This document shows, in pieces, positions 60,801-64,000 of a DNA stretch of 64,000 bases. The translations under genes were made by a program, and so were the position numbers. The DNA comes from Bacteroidota bacterium (GTDB lineage: Bacteria; Bacteroidota; Ignavibacteria; SZUA-365). How positions within the stretch are numbered: position 1 is the stretch's first letter; each line of letters starts with the position of its first letter. A model generated the notes under the pieces. The model saw only the letters and a program-made list of their open reading frames with translations, searched no databases and was not told where the DNA came from. The stretch is taken from the NCBI GenBank assembly GCA_003246455.1, contig QKAF01000015.1, forward strand, positions 1,193 through 65,192, in the 5' to 3' direction.

Positions 60801-61465
60801 CATTTGTCGTCGCCTGCCCTGACAACGCGCGTAAGGTCGTGGTCGAGGAAGGTGGAAATGTCATCGCGGAGCGGATTATTTCGGCGAACAAACCCGTCGT
60901 CACAATCAACTTCCCCACCCAGGGTCAGGACCTGAAGGTCGAGAAGTTCGAAGCCAGCTGGAGCGCGACCGACCCGGATGGCGAGAGCCAGTTCTGGTAC
61001 ACCGTCTGGTTCAGCACTAACCGCGGCATTACGTGGACAATGCTGCAGTACGAGAATCCCGCAACTGTCGACTCCATTCTTGGAACGGCAAACCGCACGG
61101 GATACATGCTGCGGGTCGTGGCGAACGATGGTGTGAACACATCGGACACCGTGGAAGTCGAGTTCAGCATTCTTACCTCGGCCGGTCGCGTCCCGACTGC
61201 GTCGGAGTTCCAGCTCGAACAGAACTACCCGAATCCGTTCAATCCGAACACCTCGCTCACCTATACGCTCCCCGAATCCGGCGATGTTTCTCTGACGGTG
61301 TATGACGCACTGGGCCGTCCGGTGTCGACCCTCGTCGAAGGATATCGCGGTGCGGGAACGCATCACGTCGATTTCGATGCATCGGATCTGTCAAGCGGGA
61401 CCTATGTCGCAGTGCTGCGTTCCGGCGGAAACGTCGCGAGCATACGCATGACACTGGCTCGCTGA
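57845..61465 (+). CDS. Large secreted multidomain protein (beta-helix/CARDB-like, degenerate metzincin-like motif) with a T9SS C-terminal sorting domain
   Basis: Signal peptide with cleavage LQA|QPFG. N-terminal region with NxT/NxS-rich repeats suggestive of a right-handed beta-helix, a CARDB-like segment (TGPDLEVFEPELVQVLNAENSIV...), the motif HSLGHSFGLRR (HExxH with E replaced by S) and a C-terminal LEQNYPNPFNPNTSLTY...VAVLRSGG Por CTD. Confidence 0.7.
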   Translation: MRRAVTVFLPLLFILLMGGVLQAQPFGAVIYVGDNSADIYMEDLTNSNYSKVEFYRGAKLLGTVNLNAGDGGIITDYNLSKGNGYQYQYRAYRTAGGFQDGNLLNGFFLGGDMRGLLFRPDTLNIQTDLVDTIFVYPGGDLHFAKNADISWILVTTVPGIKVYGSSDPATVWHGMVSASGGRLNDINIDCYGQIGPLKNFTFVGSDVVIHNTETESRFDNVTTQMVTANQRNDYVYIRHYGNKIFADNCYLTQEGQMWGVQRADNCKLDWNSTMVVSNVTNTEVNKGQLTISPSGMPTSMENCHIIDGNVSLSNKTLVRYNTLENFATLNISPFAGGFDPADIKDVHVNYNHFVRTNDAIGNISNFQADSIDARYNFWGRCEGPKSGERATMGKVFLDPFLRVEYPQSSYWGELIASKKKIIANGEDSIVFTGHFFNVITGADSAGVVVRYRVEVQGDTLYNSSAVTDAQGNVTFAIKVPAKYAQVTGMAAYIMTDLQCIEQSFFLTIEKQTGPDLEVFEPELVQVLNAENSIVPHKGFAVKATILTSEPVTTPFKIVAEANGHKYETFYILDRTNIGVNYSMENPLTEMIMQTTKPVIVVFFVDETGFDAGNVEVSVTVDPAEPGNSKGRIVEANEFNNSKSAFGVAKNTQYGNEGDAALNVFVQGAEGFGNPNRIQSWADSTASFLEAAWPMEAGQAHFTTAGNIADYGFIGAADTLLQETWQPFLVKAYKQMVLARPANDRYIMGVPADWFETRLDKQEFNHGASQTLSWSGIWDFMVASADHWKHAAHSLGHSFGLRRQDLDPDNIDMKEQYHENFIGVDVVDGYDLRFDRIVSNFLDNKVSRRMKAKCFMGGSQLPDITSFDYYIWINDLEYNALLGSVSQFAGKKSTLSKTGTIDKAIFIEGSIDSTSRAISFGPWTRIADATPSSMVPAAYATHTFKVLDAGDQEIASYLYRPTFRALGLDEVDSQTADDPRMETEYFAFVVACPDNARKVVVEEGGNVIAERIISANKPVVTINFPTQGQDLKVEKFEASWSATDPDGESQFWYTVWFSTNRGITWTMLQYENPATVDSILGTANRTGYMLRVVANDGVNTSDTVEVEFSILTSAGRVPTASEFQLEQNYPNPFNPNTSLTYTLPESGDVSLTVYDALGRPVSTLVEGYRGAGTHHVDFDASDLSSGTYVAVLRSGGNVASIRMTLAR

Positions 61466-61482
61466 GCCCGATAACATCTGTT

Positions 61483-61514
61483 GAAAAAGGCGGCTTCGGC
61501 CGCCTTTTTCTTTT
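61483..61514. terminator. Bidirectional rho-independent terminator between the 1206-aa gene (+) and the 236-aa gene (-)
   Basis: gaaaaaGGCGGC-ttcg-GCCGCCtttttctttt: a perfect 6-bp GC stem with a GNRA-like tetraloop and flanking A/T tracts. Confidence 0.8.
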
Positions 61515-61570
61515 CTGTCCGTGCAACTCTGTCGTCCGGTTTCTGCCGGGATGCAATCCCGATCCACTCC

Positions 61571-62281
61571 CTACTTCCCTTGGATCAGATCGAGGAGAAA
61601 CTTGATGATACCGAGCACATTGACCTGCGGACCATATCCCCCTTTGTTCGTCCAGCCCATCACCGGGTCATAACTCTTCCATGCGGACTCAACGGCCCCG
61701 CGCTGCGTATCCCAGGTCTTCGGGATTCCGTTCTTGAAAATCTGATCGAGTGCCAGATCGATCGGCGGAAGGGAATCTCTCGGCAAGCCCGCGCCTGCGA
61801 TCATGTCCCGTACGACGAGATTCTTGTATTCCGGGTGACTTTCCAGCAGCTCGGAGAGGATATCCAGCGCTTCTTCCGGACTCAGATCACGGTCCAGCAC
61901 GTGTCGAAACGTCATGGTGCGCTCCTTCGTCACCGAATCACCGGGGGTAGCCGCTTGCACGACGAGCGGTTCATTCTGGGCTGCCGGCGGGGTCACCCGC
62001 GTCCGCGGAACCGCCGGCGGCTGTGGGACGATCGGAGCGCGCTGTCGCGAATGCTCTCCTGTTTCCGCTTTCCGTTCCGTTTTCTCCGGCGGCCGGTCCG
62101 GAGGCGGTTCCGCAATGGGGCGCCCCTGGAACCAGACATGGACGTCCCTGTCCGCGGAATCCGGCTGCTGAAGGTGAATAAACACTGCGACGAGAAGCAC
62201 GCCCAGATGCAGCGTGACGGTTGCGACTATCGCGAGGGTGTTTCCTCCGTATGCCGGGAATCGCTTCATGCCGGAAATCAC
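61571..62281 (-). CDS. Hypothetical membrane-anchored protein with a proline-rich linker (TonB/TolA-like architecture, non-TonB C-terminal domain)
   Basis: N-terminal TM (LAIVATVTLHLGVLLVAVFI), a Pro-rich segment (PPPDRPPEK...PIVPQPPAVP...TPPAAQ) and a globular C-terminal domain of about 110 aa with no recognised motif. Confidence 0.5.
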   Translation of the reverse strand: MISGMKRFPAYGGNTLAIVATVTLHLGVLLVAVFIHLQQPDSADRDVHVWFQGRPIAEPPPDRPPEKTERKAETGEHSRQRAPIVPQPPAVPRTRVTPPAAQNEPLVVQAATPGDSVTKERTMTFRHVLDRDLSPEEALDILSELLESHPEYKNLVVRDMIAGAGLPRDSLPPIDLALDQIFKNGIPKTWDTQRGAVESAWKSYDPVMGWTNKGGYGPQVNVLGIIKFLLDLIQGK

Positions 62282-62910
62282 GCGCTGAAGGAACCCGTTC
62301 CAAAGATCCTGTCTCCGGCGTCACCCAGACCGGGAACGATATATCCCTTCTCGTTGAGTCCCCGATCCAGCGCTGCGGTGTGAATGATGATATCCGGATG
62401 TTCCTGTTCCATGAGCGCCGCACCTTCCGGCGCAGCGACCAGCGCAATGAGTCTGATCCGGTGCGCACCCTGGCGCTTGAGGATTGTCGCCGCAGCTGCC
62501 GCACTCCCGCCGGTCGCCAGCATGGGATCGAGGATATAGACGTCGGCGTCGACAAGCGCCTCGGGGTACTTCGCGTAGTATTCGACCGGCTGCAGGGTCT
62601 CCTCGTTCCTGTACAGGCCGATATGACCGACATGCGCCTCGGGGATGACTTCGAGGAAGGCATCGGTCATGCCCAGTCCGGCTCGAAGCACAGGCACAAG
62701 AATCACCGGATGCTCCAGAATCCAGCCCTCGGTTTTTTCCATGGGACTCTCGACGGCACAGTCCCTGAGCTCGAGATGGGCCGTGGCCTCCGCGGCAAGC
62801 AGCTGGGATACGCGATACAGCGCCCGTCGAAAGGCGTCCGGAGGCGTATGACGGTTACGCAGGACGGTCAGGTCGCGCGCAATCAGCGGATGTGTGGATA
62901 TGGACAGCAT
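62278..62910 (-). CDS. upp: Uracil phosphoribosyltransferase
   Basis: PRPP-binding motif VYILDPMLATGGS plus the UPRTase flexible loop and C-terminal GYIVPGLGDAGDRIFGT. Confidence 0.92.
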   Translation of the reverse strand: MLSISTHPLIARDLTVLRNRHTPPDAFRRALYRVSQLLAAEATAHLELRDCAVESPMEKTEGWILEHPVILVPVLRAGLGMTDAFLEVIPEAHVGHIGLYRNEETLQPVEYYAKYPEALVDADVYILDPMLATGGSAAAAATILKRQGAHRIRLIALVAAPEGAALMEQEHPDIIIHTAALDRGLNEKGYIVPGLGDAGDRIFGTGSFSA

Positions 62911-63013
62911 GACGGCCTCTCTTCAGTTCGGGTAAACCACATGAACAGAACTTACGGCATCGTGCTCCGTGCGGCAAGCGGCGACGGAATTTCGCACCTT
63001 GAAATACGCTGCA

Positions 63014-63039
63014 GCATTTTTCCACAGGGGGAAAAATGC
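63014..63039 (+). promoter_or_regulatory. Perfect 10-bp inverted repeat (candidate operator or RBS-sequestering hairpin) 13 bp upstream of the CDF transporter start
   Basis: GCATTTTTCC-acaggg-GGAAAAATGC, followed by a second small palindrome TGCTAgattcgTAGCA that contains the start ATG. Confidence 0.45.
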
Positions 63040-63051
63040 TAGATTCGTAGC

Positions 63052-64000
63052 ATGGGTACAGCAGTCGTACAGAATGACAAATCGATGATGTCGGCCGAAA
63101 AGCGCCGCGTGGCGATGACCTCCGTTCTCGCCGCCGTACTGCTCACCACGATGAAACTCGTCGTCGGGCTCTGGACCGGCTCGCTCGGCATTCTCTCCGA
63201 AGCGCTGCATTCGGCACTTGATCTGCTCGCCGCGCTCATCACCTTTTTTGCCGTACGCGTGGCGGACAAACCGCCGGATGCCGACCACCAGTTCGGCCAT
63301 GGGAAGGTGGAGAACCTCAGCGCGCTCGCGGAAACGGTCCTTCTGCTGGCCACATGCGGGTGGATTCTGTACGAGGCGTATGACCGCCTGATTGCCGGCG
63401 GCGTGCACCTGGACCTGAACGTATGGGCCTTCGTCGTGATCATCGTCAGCATCCTGGTCGATATCGGACGCTCGCGCGCATTGATGCGCGTCGCAAAGAA
63501 ATACAACAGCCAGGCGCTCGAGGCGGATGCCCTGCATTTCAGCACGGACATCTACAGCTCCCTGGTCGTGCTTGTCGGACTCATCAGCGTCCTGGTCGGT
63601 TTCCCGGAAGCCGATGCAATTGCCGCCGGGATCGTCGCGGGCATCGTCATCTGGATCAGTGTCCGCCTTGCGAAACGCACGATAGACGGGCTGATGGACC
63701 GCGCACCGGAAGGCCTTCGCGCCACCATCGAATCCGCGGTTTTCGATGTGAACGGGGTTGAGAGCATTCGCGCGCTTCGCATCCGCGGTGCCGGAGCGGA
63801 AGTATTTGTCAACCTCGTTATCGGCGTGCAGCGAACGACCTTCTTCGACCAGGTACACGGGATCGTCGACAAAGTCGAGGAAAATCTTCGGCGGGCAGTG
63901 CCGCGCAGTGACGTCATTGTCCATGCCGAGCCAGTCGTCGGAGTCAGGGAGAAGCTGTCCGATAAGCTTGAATGGCTCGTCCGTCAGTCAGGGCTGTCGG
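63052..64000 (+). CDS. Cation diffusion facilitator (CzcD/FieF-type) metal efflux transporter; 3' end lies outside the window
   Basis: LSEALHSALDLLAALITF (TM2 HxxxD metal site), HFSTDIYSSL (TM5 HxxxD) and a C-terminal cytoplasmic domain (VNGVESIRALRIRGAGAEVFVNLVIGV...). No in-frame stop before the window end. Confidence 0.85.
   Translation, partial: MGTAVVQNDKSMMSAEKRRVAMTSVLAAVLLTTMKLVVGLWTGSLGILSEALHSALDLLAALITFFAVRVADKPPDADHQFGHGKVENLSALAETVLLLATCGWILYEAYDRLIAGGVHLDLNVWAFVVIIVSILVDIGRSRALMRVAKKYNSQALEADALHFSTDIYSSLVVLVGLISVLVGFPEADAIAAGIVAGIVIWISVRLAKRTIDGLMDRAPEGLRATIESAVFDVNGVESIRALRIRGAGAEVFVNLVIGVQRTTFFDQVHGIVDKVEENLRRAVPRSDVIVHAEPVVGVREKLSDKLEWLVRQSGLS

Noticed and set aside
1-64000. 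Scan for tRNA, rRNA, tmRNA, CRISPR arrays, integrases or transposases
   Set aside because: I saw no cloverleaf-compatible GTTC-arm motifs in the intergenic regions, no repeat-spacer arrays and no recombinase, transposase or phage-like genes. The window appears to be core chromosome.

Overview
This 64 kb window is a high-GC bacterial chromosome segment with strong GC3 codon bias, which is why long spurious antisense ORFs lie opposite nearly every real gene. It is gene-dense and mostly housekeeping. Conserved operons include rimP-nusA-infB-rbfA-truB-ribF-rpsO-pnp, then purL, secA, mutS2, tyrS, smpB, a lipoprotein-maturation/isoprenoid cluster (lnt, PAP2, dedA, ispF), exbB-exbD-exbD, prmA-ppx, birA and upp.

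The lineage looks like the FCB group (Bacteroidota/Rhodothermota/Ignavibacteriota-like). Two large secreted proteins end in T9SS (Por) C-terminal sorting domains. Several predicted signal-peptide cleavage sites are followed by Gln, the Bacteroidetes Q-rule. An M28 glutaminyl-cyclase-like lipoprotein sits next to one of these T9SS cargo genes.

The less ordinary content is:
- an operon that fuses biotin carboxylase and BCCP with a FadL-family outer-membrane channel and an SGNH-type lipoprotein;
- the matching carboxyltransferase encoded about 36 kb away with an orphan sigma-54 regulator;
- a 1206-aa beta-helix/CARDB T9SS cargo protein carrying a degenerate metzincin-like motif;
- a Tat-exported TldD/PmbA pair;
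- an NfeD-SPFH-thermonuclease cluster;
- a perfect 10-bp inverted repeat directly upstream of a CDF metal exporter;
- two divergent genes whose start codons share the palindrome ATGCGCAT.

I found no rRNA, tRNA, CRISPR array or obvious mobile element. Five or six clean GC-rich rho-independent terminators are visible, several of them bidirectional.
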